IMG/VR virus record: IMGVR_UViG_3300045988_143931
Location: 96,001 to 160,000 of that record
DNA length: 64,000 nt
Direction: 5' to 3' (one strand)
DNA from: a virus
In this document: positions 8,011 to 16,173 of the stretch, one piece after another
How positions within the stretch are numbered: position 1 is the first letter of the stretch
Layout of the letters: every line of letters begins with the position of its first letter
Notes under the pieces: generated by a model
The model's input: the letters and a program-made list of their open reading frames with translations, nothing else
Databases searched by the model: none
Told to the model about the DNA's origin: nothing
Translations under genes and position numbers: made by a program

Positions 8011-8670
8011 GTGATTACTATAGATACAATAATTATAAATGATATACATGAATTAGCTGATTGGGCTAATTCAATGTATCATAATGTAGTTTCTTATGAT
8101 AATTTAAACAGTATAGCAATTGTTGCCAAGTATTATGAAGCAAAGACATTAATCGAAACTCTTATTGCTGAAAGAGGTTTTGAAATTTCAAGTATTAAAG
8201 AACTCGGCGATTCTAATGTCAATGGATATACAGATGAATATATTATCACATTATTTGTTGGTGACATTGGTTGTGAGCCTGCAAAAGATAATAATGGATA
8301 TAAGGATATATGCGGAGAAGCCGTTTATGTTCTTGAGAATTGCAATTCTAAGATAATGTCGCATGTTTATGGTGAGAATATATTTGAAGTGTATATTGAT
8401 AATATCAAAGATACTGATGATGACTACGATGGCGATTGTGAGAATTGCGATTGTTGTGGTAATGATACTTATTATTTTGATGTAAAATCTGGAACTTATG
8501 AGATTAATGGTAAAAAGGTATCTAAGAAAGAATTGTTAGATTATTTAGGTGAGAAAATTGATGAAATGTCTGAATGGAATAAGAGCTTTTCTTCTATAGT
8601 TTCTGAATATGAAGCAATTCATAATAGTATTAAAAGAATCTATAAACTTGATGATTTGTTAAGATTTTAA
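8011..8670 (+). CDS. hypothetical acidic protein with Cys cluster (DGDCENCDCCGND)
   Basis: ORF track. GTG 8011 is 1 nt from GAAGGGA, with in-frame ATT 8014 and ATA 8020, so the start codon is ambiguous. Confidence 0.55.
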   Translation: MITIDTIIINDIHELADWANSMYHNVVSYDNLNSIAIVAKYYEAKTLIETLIAERGFEISSIKELGDSNVNGYTDEYIITLFVGDIGCEPAKDNNGYKDICGEAVYVLENCNSKIMSHVYGENIFEVYIDNIKDTDDDYDGDCENCDCCGNDTYYFDVKSGTYEINGKKVSKKELLDYLGEKIDEMSEWNKSFSSIVSEYEAIHNSIKRIYKLDDLLRF

Positions 8671-8707
8671 TTAGCAATATGTTGCTAGTTAATAATTAAA
8701 TATATTT

Positions 8708-8742
8708 GGAGTGTGCAATTATTGGTTGCACACTCCTTTATT
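8708..8742 (+). terminator. intrinsic terminator
   Basis: GGAGTGTGCAA-TTATTGG-TTGCACACTCC (11-bp stem) followed by TTTATT. Confidence 0.75.
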
Positions 8743-8744
8743 AT

Positions 8745-8827
8745 GGGTAGGTATGCAAGTGGTTAAAGTAGGCAGACTGTAAATCTGTTGGCGAAAGCCT
8801 TCGAAAGTCCGAATCTTTCCCTGCCCA
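8745..8827 (+). tRNA. tRNA-Tyr(GUA): tRNA-Tyr (anticodon GTA), class II with long variable arm; unusual T-loop TCCGAAT
   Basis: Aligns position by position with bacterial tRNA-Tyr architecture: GGGTAGG...GCAGA-CTGTAAA-TCTGT-long variable arm-GAAAG-TCCGAAT-CTTTC-CCTGCCC-A. Confidence 0.85.
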
Positions 8828-8857
8828 CTAAAATAATTAAAATAAATAAAATATTAC

Positions 8858-8897
8858 AAGAAGTAGCTTAGTTTACCACTATCCTACTTCTTTTTTA
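8858..8897 (+). terminator. intrinsic terminator after tRNA-Tyr
   Basis: AAGAAGTAG ... CTACTTCTT (9-bp stem) followed by TTTTTAT. Confidence 0.6.
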
Positions 8898-8918
8898 TAT
8901 GTGAAAGGAAGTGATTTA

Positions 8919-9947
8919 GTGGCACATGTAACAAGGGTAAAATATTTTACCAAGGATAAGGAGAAATTCATAAATCCTGATAACTTGAAGAAATATAAAA
9001 AATATCTCCAATCAAATATTATAAAAAATCAGGATGTTAAAGATACAACATATAAAAGATATGAGGGATTGTTTCGTCATTTTCTTATGTGGCTAGGTGA
9101 AAACTATGGTGATTTAGATTTATATTCAAATGAGTTTATGGAGAATGCCGTTGATATTATGGAGAATTATATTATGTTCTGCCAGGAAATACTTCTGAAT
9201 CATAAAAAGATTATCAACATGAAAATCTCTGCTATTAGTTCATTCTATATTTGGTCTATGAAACGTGGTTTTGTTAAATACCATCCTTTTGATGGGAAAC
9301 TTGATAGAATGAAGAAAGCTAATGAGGAACATATTTTAAATTCGTATTTCCTTACAGAAGAACAAGTTCAGACAATCCGTAGAGAATTATCTGAAAATGA
9401 TAAGTATTCAATTCAAGATCAAATTTTATTTGAAGTAAGTTTTGACTCAGCAAATAGAATTGGTGCATTGTTAAGATTGCAGTTATCCAAACTTGATTTA
9501 GAGAACAATATGTTTGTAGATATAAGGGAAAAAGAAGGATACCGTACACAGGTAGTTTTCGGGGATGTTGCAAAAGAGCTTATTCAAGAGTGGCTTGAAA
9601 TGCGAAAGAATGATTATGACCACTTGGAATGTGATTCATTGTTGATCACAAAATACAATGGAGAATATAAACCTATGGGTGACAGTGCAATCAGAGATAG
9701 AATGAAGAAATATGGCGAAATTATTGGAATTTCTGACTATAGACCTCATTGCCAGCGTAAGACTAGGCTAAATCTTGTATATGAGGAAACTGGTGATTTA
9801 GCATTAGCAGCCGAGCTTGCCAATCATCGATCCACTGAAACAACTAGAGAATTTTACTGCCGCAAGCAGACCAAAGCAGAGGTTATGAATAAAATCAATG
9901 CTCTAAGAAGCAAAAATTCTAATGTTGCTGACGAAGAGAATAAATAA
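8919..9947 (+). CDS. tyrosine recombinase (phage-integrase/Xer family), second copy in window
   Basis: ORF track 8901..9947. GTG 8919 is 7 nt after AAAGGAAG. Catalytic signature in order: ANRIGALLRL (Arg), HCQRKT (H-x-x-R), LANHRSTETTREFY (His...Tyr). Confidence 0.8.
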   Translation: MAHVTRVKYFTKDKEKFINPDNLKKYKKYLQSNIIKNQDVKDTTYKRYEGLFRHFLMWLGENYGDLDLYSNEFMENAVDIMENYIMFCQEILLNHKKIINMKISAISSFYIWSMKRGFVKYHPFDGKLDRMKKANEEHILNSYFLTEEQVQTIRRELSENDKYSIQDQILFEVSFDSANRIGALLRLQLSKLDLENNMFVDIREKEGYRTQVVFGDVAKELIQEWLEMRKNDYDHLECDSLLITKYNGEYKPMGDSAIRDRMKKYGEIIGISDYRPHCQRKTRLNLVYEETGDLALAAELANHRSTETTREFYCRKQTKAEVMNKINALRSKNSNVADEENK

Positions 9948-10013
9948 TCCTTCCGAAACCACTCAGATATATGTTATCCGTGAAGATACTGAGGATGCCG
10001 ATGAAGCTTTCGT

Positions 10014-10661
10014 CTAACACTTCTTTTTATTCCAACACTTCTTCACATAACAACCAAATTTAATAATTTTAACCCCTAGAATATCTATCCCTTTAATTAT
10101 AATCTTAATAAGAAAAATAACTAAGAATACCTCTCCACATACAAATGCATATTTGTAGACCATACCTTCATTATTAAATAAAGCTGCAATTATAAATGAC
10201 ATATAAATAATTAGTCCATCTACTCCACAGAAAAATATGAACTTATCGTCTTTAGATGAATACATAACACTCTGTATAAAATTAGGTTCAAGATATCCTA
10301 ATCTTCTGCGTAGATATGAATTTCTATCATATATGTTATTTTTGAAATTATTGTAGTTATATTTATTATGATTGTCTTTTAATATTATATATGTTTTATG
10401 AGTGGATCTGTCAATATATTTGATATTATAATCATTCATATAAGTTGATATATGATTTATAATATCATTTATAGTATTTTCGTTATATTCCTTATTATTG
10501 CTTAAAATTTTATACAAGGGATAATAAATTTGATTATATGCAATTTTCATATTATCTAATGGAATATTCTTATTATAATTATATTTGGTTACAATAAAGG
10601 TAAATATACCTGTTATAAGTGCAGGAAGAATTATTTTTAATATTTCTATAAATGATTTCAT
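10014..10661 (-). CDS. multi-pass membrane protein, function unknown (moron-like)
   Basis: 215 aa. One N-terminal and several C-terminal hydrophobic segments. Asn/Tyr/Lys-rich and very AT-rich coding sequence. Confidence 0.55.
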   Translation of the reverse strand: MKSFIEILKIILPALITGIFTFIVTKYNYNKNIPLDNMKIAYNQIYYPLYKILSNNKEYNENTINDIINHISTYMNDYNIKYIDRSTHKTYIILKDNHNKYNYNNFKNNIYDRNSYLRRRLGYLEPNFIQSVMYSSKDDKFIFFCGVDGLIIYMSFIIAALFNNEGMVYKYAFVCGEVFLVIFLIKIIIKGIDILGVKIIKFGCYVKKCWNKKKC

Positions 10662-10685
10662 AATTTTACCTCATTATATTTTTAC

Positions 10686-10714
10686 TTGCATCAGCTAATT
10701 ATATGTGTTACAAT
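10686..10714 (+). promoter_or_regulatory. near-consensus sigma-A type promoter for a small antisense RNA
   Basis: TTGCAT (10686-10691), 17-nt spacer, TGtTACAAT extended -10 (TACAAT at 10709-10714). Confidence 0.65.
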
Positions 10715-10720
10715 ACAAAC

Positions 10721-10840
10721 CAAAAGAAACAAGCAATTATCCGTTAGACGGTTGAGCCAATATAATCAACAATGGCTAAATAAATATAATATTCAACACA
10801 TTAATGACCGTGCTTTGGCGAGTGGCGGTCATTTTTGTGT
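10721..10840 (+). ncRNA. ~120-nt sRNA candidate, antisense to the 3' part of the small toxin-like ORF
   Basis: Bounded by the promoter above and a terminator (ATGACCG...CGGTCAT then TTTTTGTGTTT, 10804-10842). Internal hairpins CCGT-TAGA-CGG and AGCCA...TGGCT. Only a 3-codon ORF inside. Confidence 0.5.
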
Positions 10841-10929
10841 TTATCAAGAACTCTAACTAGGTATGTAGAGCAAATTCCGCTTACTATACCAGTTACTAAT
10901 GTAAAAATTAGTAAACCACAAAATGTCAC
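10801..10929 (-). CDS. 42-aa hydrophobic peptide, type I toxin-like
   Basis: GTG at 10929, 6 nt after GGAGGA (complement of 10936-10941). Translation is MTFCGLLIFTLVTGIVSGICSTYLVRVLDKHKNDRHSPKHGH: one TM helix plus a charged tail. TAA at 10803-10801. Below ORF-track cutoff. Confidence 0.5.
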   Translation of the reverse strand: MTFCGLLIFTLVTGIVSGICSTYLVRVLDKHKNDRHSPKHGH

Positions 10930-11453
10930 GTATTATCCTCCTTTGTAAGTATTTCCTACATGATGTCACGAGGATATTTATATAACAGAACATCACTGCT
11001 CTGACGTGACTCAAACACCTAACCATCTCTATCTAGCCAAACAAAGATGTTTGAATAACCGCTTGTCCTTTACATTATAAATCATATGACATTTTCTGTC
11101 AAAATATTCCAAAAAAAGAGAATAATATAACATATAAATCAATCAGAGAATATAAAAGTATCTTAAAAAGAATTTCTTTTGTATGGGTTGAGTCTAATTT
11201 GATCCTAGTTTTCTTAATTCTATCGACATCTAGGATAATCGGTTAATTTCAACCTTAGAAATGAGAAGATGTTCGTGCCTCTCTGCGTTAATGAGAATCC
11301 TTAATTGACGGATAAGAGTCATTAAATCTTATCAATTGATCTTTACTCCGAAGACCGAAAATATATAGAGAATAATCAGTAAGCATGGATACCTTGTGTG
11401 TCTTAGGGTACTTAGTTTGTACCTGAATAATAAAGTGGGTGATACCCACATTA

Positions 11454-11526
11454 GATCTGTTCGTCTAGTGGTCTAGGACATCGCCCTTTCACGGCGGCAA
11501 CAGGAGTCCGAATCTCCTACAGATCA
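11454..11526 (+). tRNA. tRNA-Glu(UUC): tRNA-Glu (anticodon TTC); unusual T-loop TCCGAAT
   Basis: GATCTGT-TC-GTCTAGTGGTCTAGGAC-A-TCGCC-CTTTCAC-GGCGG-CAAC-AGGAG-TCCGAAT-CTCCT-ACAGATC-A. Collinear with the canonical bacterial tRNA-Glu pattern. Confidence 0.85.
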
Positions 11527-11764
11527 TTATGCGGTAAACCTGATGTGAAAACCTATTTTTTGGATGCATACGAAACTTAGGCGTGTAAGCTCAACACTTA
11601 CTACCGCCCTTATGTTTTTTATAACTTTTTAGTTATTATAACAACATATTCTATTTAAACTTTTTCTTAGATATTTTCGATCAGCATATGGAGAGATATA
11701 TAAAAAAAGTTGTTCAAATCCTTTTTTATTATGATATACTGTATATCAAAAAAGGAGAAAAATT

Positions 11765-12469
11765 ATGGAAAATTTACTCAAAAAGTTTAATATATTTGAT
11801 TTATTTACTATGCTTATTCCAGGTGTGATTATTTTAACTTTATCCTGTATTTCATTATCATTCGAATATTATGACAGGTGGACAAATTGGGAAAAGGAAA
11901 AATATGTAATCTTTTTTGTAATTAGTTACTTGTTAGGTATAGTTTTTCAACAGCTTGGAAATATAGTTGATCAAAAATGGATATATAGACATGTATATGG
12001 TGGAAGCCCTAGAGAAATTTTTCTTTTAAAAGATAAATATATGAAAATACTAAATAATGAATTGGCTTATAAGGACGCATTAAATATAAAAAAGTATTTA
12101 ATTGATTATTTTGATATAGATACCAAAAATATTAGAAATATTGAACAACAAAAGCAATTAAACGCAAGAATATTTTCATATTGTTTAAACATTGTAGAAA
12201 TAAATGGGTTATCATTCAAGGCTGATAAAATGCTTGTTATTTCTGAAATGAGTAGATCATTGTCGTTAGGGTTTATATCTATAATTTTATTAAATCTGCT
12301 TATGATTCTATTTTTTCATTTTCATTATGTATTTTTTCTTATGGAAAATATTATATTATTATTTTTAGCTTATATATTTTTTGATAGAAAAAAACAATAT
12401 GAAAAGTATAGATATATAATTATTTTACGAATGTTTTCAATATATATGAGAGATAAAGAAATTAAATAA
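11765..12469 (+). CDS. multi-pass membrane protein, function unknown (moron-like)
   Basis: 234 aa. ATG after AAAGGAGAAAA. Hydrophobic N- and C-terminal segments flank a soluble middle. Preceded by TGaTATACT extended -10. Confidence 0.55.
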   Translation: MENLLKKFNIFDLFTMLIPGVIILTLSCISLSFEYYDRWTNWEKEKYVIFFVISYLLGIVFQQLGNIVDQKWIYRHVYGGSPREIFLLKDKYMKILNNELAYKDALNIKKYLIDYFDIDTKNIRNIEQQKQLNARIFSYCLNIVEINGLSFKADKMLVISEMSRSLSLGFISIILLNLLMILFFHFHYVFFLMENIILLFLAYIFFDRKKQYEKYRYIIILRMFSIYMRDKEIK

Positions 12470-12477
12470 AATAGTAA

Positions 12478-12510
12478 AGAGTCATTTCCTTTGGAGGTGG
12501 CTCTTTTGTT
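12478..12510 (+). terminator. intrinsic terminator (12-bp stem)
   Basis: AGAGTCATTTCC-TTT-GGAGGTGGCTCT followed by TTTGTT. Confidence 0.7.
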
Positions 12511-12512
12511 AT

Positions 12513-12600
12513 GTAGTATTGGCAGAGTTGGTATTGCACCTGATTGCTAATCAGAGGTCATCGTTTATTCGGTGCATAGGTTCAAGTCCTATATACTACG
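12513..12600 (+). tRNA. tRNA-Ser(GCU): tRNA-Ser (anticodon GCT), class II
   Basis: Acceptor GTAGTAT/ATACTAC, anticodon loop TTGCTAA, long variable arm, T arm ATAGG-TTCAAGT-CCTAT. One C:A mismatch at the top of the anticodon stem. Confidence 0.8.
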
Positions 12601-12605
12601 CTCAT

Positions 12606-12689
12606 GCCGTGTGTCCGATTGGTCGAGGGTGCTGTCTTGAAAACAGTCTGGATGTAAAAGTCTTTAGGGTTCGAATCCCTAACACGGCG
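12606..12689 (+). tRNA. tRNA-Ser(UGA): tRNA-Ser (anticodon TGA), class II
   Basis: Acceptor GCCGTGT/ACACGGC, anticodon loop CTTGAAA, long variable arm, T arm TAGGG-TTCGAAT-CCCTA. Confidence 0.85.
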
Positions 12690-12738
12690 TTCTAAATAAA
12701 TTGCACTTTCATTGGAAATTTAATATTGGAAATTATGA

Positions 12739-12770
12739 GAAGTTATTTCGTATGAGGTGGCTTCTTTTTT
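12739..12770 (+). terminator. intrinsic terminator, sequence-related to the one at 12478
   Basis: GAAGTTATTTC-GTAT-GAGGTGGCTTC followed by TTTTTT. Confidence 0.7.
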
Positions 12771-12788
12771 ATATTGAAATAAAAGGAG

Positions 12789-14114
12789 GTGGTCGTTAGT
12801 TTGGCTACGACAAAAGAGACACAGCCTACAAAATTAACGGCTGCACAATTAAAGAAGAAAATTGAAACACAGGAAGAGAAAATCAAGTCACTTAAAGAGG
12901 GTGCTTGGTGTTACATGTGTGATACTCATAAAGCTAAAGATAAATTTTATGTAAGTACAGATCCTATGAGTAAAAGTGGTCTTACTCCAATTTGTAAAGA
13001 CTGTGCAAAAAAGATAGCCCTTAAAATTGGGAAGGACAAGGTTGAACATGAGCCTGATAAGAACTCTGTAATCGAAACAATGAGGTATCTTAATAAGCCT
13101 TTTTTGTCAAAATTATGGGATGCTAGTATTCAAGAATCGGAAAATTTAGCTTTAGGCAAAGTTCGTTCTAATGGTTATTATTCATATATAAAGAATGTGG
13201 CTATGGGACAATATAACACCATGACATTTAAAGATTCGGATATTTTTGATAATCACGCAGTCGAGGACGAGACACCAAAGGAACAAACAACCGAGGAGGA
13301 ACTTATTGAGTCTCACGCAGGATTGGATACATATGATAGTTTCTTAAAAAATAAGAATGATGTTATTCGATTACTCAGCTATGATCCTTTTGAAAAAGAG
13401 GATATAGCCGACCAACCATTTTTATATTCTCAGTTATTAGGTCTATTAGATTCTAGTGAAGATGCAAATGAAGACATGATGCGTACCTCTTCCGCTATCT
13501 CTATTGTTCGTGGATTCTTACAACAATCTAAAATTGATGATACCATATCAAAATTAATGTGTGATATTTCTAATATTGAACGCAATTCTGCAACAATTAA
13601 ATCCCTACAAGAAAGTAAAGGAAAAATAACTTCGGTCATTACAAGTCTTGCTCAAGACAGTTGTATTTCATTAAAGCACAATAAAAATGCTAAAAAAGGT
13701 GAAAATACTTGGACTGGTAAAATCAAAAAAATTAAGAGTCTTAACCTACGAAGTGGTGAAGTCAATGGTTTTGACATTGATACTTGTAGAGGTATGCAAC
13801 AAGTTCAGGAAATTAGCGATGCTTCTATTATGAAGCAATTGGCACTTGACGAATCTGAATGGTCAGATATGGTTTCTGAAATGCGTGTTGTAAATACTGG
13901 TCTTCGTAAAGAAAAGGATGCTTATCAAGAAATTAATAGAATCTTATTGAGAGAAAATCTTGATTTGAGGGATACATTAAAAGAAAATAATTTACTAAAC
14001 GAAGAACAGTTAAAAGATTTAAAAGATGTTTATTCTGTTTTTGCGGAATTTGACGAAGAGAAAGAATCTCCTGATGAAGAATCAAAGGAGGTTGTTGAAA
14101 ATGAATCAGAATAA
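12789..14114 (+). CDS. hypothetical protein upstream of terminase (possible small-terminase/DNA-recognition role), N-terminal zinc-ribbon-like CxxC...CxxC
   Basis: 441 aa. Position immediately 5' of, and overlapping, terL. CYMCDTHK...PICKDC. Acidic C-terminus. GTG 12789 abuts the SD, so the true start may be TTG 12801. Function is positional inference only. Confidence 0.3.
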   Translation: MVVSLATTKETQPTKLTAAQLKKKIETQEEKIKSLKEGAWCYMCDTHKAKDKFYVSTDPMSKSGLTPICKDCAKKIALKIGKDKVEHEPDKNSVIETMRYLNKPFLSKLWDASIQESENLALGKVRSNGYYSYIKNVAMGQYNTMTFKDSDIFDNHAVEDETPKEQTTEEELIESHAGLDTYDSFLKNKNDVIRLLSYDPFEKEDIADQPFLYSQLLGLLDSSEDANEDMMRTSSAISIVRGFLQQSKIDDTISKLMCDISNIERNSATIKSLQESKGKITSVITSLAQDSCISLKHNKNAKKGENTWTGKIKKIKSLNLRSGEVNGFDIDTCRGMQQVQEISDASIMKQLALDESEWSDMVSEMRVVNTGLRKEKDAYQEINRILLRENLDLRDTLKENNLLNEEQLKDLKDVYSVFAEFDEEKESPDEESKEVVENESE

Positions 14115-16155
14115 ACAAATGATTATGAATTACTATCAGAATGAAATTCTTGATTATGATAAGGATTTTTATAATCAATACGGAATATATGTAAAACCAC
14201 ATGGTTACTCTATTTCTTCTCGTAAAATTGAATCTTATATTCAAATCGCTGAAATCCAAAAATATCTGCAATGCAACCCAGTAAAAGCTATAGATCTCTT
14301 TTTCAATATAGAGCTTTTAGATGGGCAAGCACTTCTTGTACAAAGAAGTTGGGTTTGCCCAAATGTACTTGCAGTATGTACTCGTGGATATGGTAAAAGT
14401 ACAGTTATTGACCTTGAGATTATGTCTAAAGATATGTGTTTTTGTAATGTATGGACATATATTGCAAGCGGTACAGGTGGTCAGGCTGAACAAACTTTCA
14501 CTACTTTGGAACGACTTGCCAATGATAACATTGATACATTTTACGGTTCAACTGGTTCTTTATTTAAGAACGAGATTGAAATTAAAAATGCAGCAGGTGA
14601 TGGATTTTCACACTCGTCCAATGGTTTTTCCTATTCATGTTATAACGGATCTATGACTAGGACATTGAACGGAAATATAGATGCAAAAAGAGGTATGCGA
14701 GGAACAGTAATTTTTGACGAAAGTGGTTTCTTGTCTGATGAAATGATGAATGTATATGGTGCATTCGCTGTTGTAAATAAAAGTTTAAAAACTGGTAAAG
14801 ATATTGATGGTAATTCAATTGATCCTATCCGTCAAAGATGCTTACCAAGAGATTTATCTTATCAAAAATATTATATTAGTTCTGCTTCGTCAACAGATAC
14901 ACAATTTTGGAGATTATATAGAGATTTTTCAAAACAGCAGATTATGGGAAATCCTGACTATTGTGTATTGCATATAGATTGTGAACAAGCATTTAAACCA
15001 ACTCTTAGAGGAGAATTAGTCACTCCTCTTCTATCTCGTAATACGGTTGAATCCGAAATGAGAACAAATCCAGAAAAAGCTAGGCGTGAGTATTATTGTA
15101 TTTTTACTACAGATGCTGGTACTGACGCAATTATTCGTAGAGGTGTTATTACACGTAACGAAGAAACTAGAAAACCACTTCTATATAACGATACAGGTGA
15201 TAAAAAATTCGTCATCACATATGATCCTGCTAGAAGTCGAGATAATTCAGTCATTCTTGTTGGAGAAATTTATGAATACGAACAGGTAGACGGAAGCATT
15301 GATACAAGAATGAGATTGGTAAACTGTATTAATCTTATTGATGTTGGTAAAAAAATCAAATCTCCTATGCAGACACCAGATCAGATTGAATATTTAAAAA
15401 AAGTAATTCTTGATTATAACGGTGGAGCTGACGCATATGGAAATATTGTTGGTGTATACATTGATGCAGGTAGCGGTGGATCTGGTGTTAATATAGCTGA
15501 TTATTTAATGCCAGATTGGACAGACTCTGCTGGCATTGTTCATAGAGGCTTAATAGATAAAGAATACTCTGCCGATTATGTTAAGAAATTTCCAAATGCA
15601 GTAGACAAAGTACATCTTATGTCCCCTGCTGGTTACAAATCTGAAATGTATGAAGCAATGATAGAATTGATGAATCAGGATAAAATCAGTTTTACAGCAC
15701 AATATGACCATAAAGGCTATCTCACTGTTTTTGATGTTGATGAGAAAAAATTGGCTAAAGAAAAAGAACGAATTTCTGCTGAACTCAGAAAACAAAAAGT
15801 TAATGAAAAGGAATTTGAAACTAAGCTCAATGAAGAATTAGAGAAAATTGAATCCGTTAATACAAAAACTATAAAACTTGATTGGCAGGATGAAATTGCT
15901 CTTGCTAACATTGATGCTTTAAAAGAAGAACTTGTAAATATGGTTCGTAAGAAAAGAGATTCTGGAAAAGATTCATTTGAACTTACGCCTGAAAAAGCCA
16001 ATAAGCTCCACGATGATCGTGCGTATACGGCGTGTATGGCTTCTTACGCCCTCATGTGTGAACGTAGAAAAGCTATTACAAATAGAAAACGTCCAACCGA
16101 AGATGCCACAAGTTTCATAAATAAACTTACAATTCGTAAAGCAAAATACAATTAA
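14101..16155 (+). CDS. terL: terminase large subunit
   Basis: ATG 14101 follows AAGGAGG (14084-14090), whereas ORF-track start 14026 lies inside the upstream gene. Walker A VCTRGYGKST, Walker B-like VIFDESGF, C-terminal nuclease-like DDRAYTACMA. Confidence 0.85.
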   Translation: MNQNKQMIMNYYQNEILDYDKDFYNQYGIYVKPHGYSISSRKIESYIQIAEIQKYLQCNPVKAIDLFFNIELLDGQALLVQRSWVCPNVLAVCTRGYGKSTVIDLEIMSKDMCFCNVWTYIASGTGGQAEQTFTTLERLANDNIDTFYGSTGSLFKNEIEIKNAAGDGFSHSSNGFSYSCYNGSMTRTLNGNIDAKRGMRGTVIFDESGFLSDEMMNVYGAFAVVNKSLKTGKDIDGNSIDPIRQRCLPRDLSYQKYYISSASSTDTQFWRLYRDFSKQQIMGNPDYCVLHIDCEQAFKPTLRGELVTPLLSRNTVESEMRTNPEKARREYYCIFTTDAGTDAIIRRGVITRNEETRKPLLYNDTGDKKFVITYDPARSRDNSVILVGEIYEYEQVDGSIDTRMRLVNCINLIDVGKKIKSPMQTPDQIEYLKKVILDYNGGADAYGNIVGVYIDAGSGGSGVNIADYLMPDWTDSAGIVHRGLIDKEYSADYVKKFPNAVDKVHLMSPAGYKSEMYEAMIELMNQDKISFTAQYDHKGYLTVFDVDEKKLAKEKERISAELRKQKVNEKEFETKLNEELEKIESVNTKTIKLDWQDEIALANIDALKEELVNMVRKKRDSGKDSFELTPEKANKLHDDRAYTACMASYALMCERRKAITNRKRPTEDATSFINKLTIRKAKYN

Positions 16156-16173
16156 GGAGGTGCATTATCAAAT

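Noticed and set aside
14026-14100. ORF-track start of the large terminase at 14026
   Set aside because: It would overlap the upstream gene by 89 nt and has no SD. ATG 14101 follows AAGGAGG with normal spacing.
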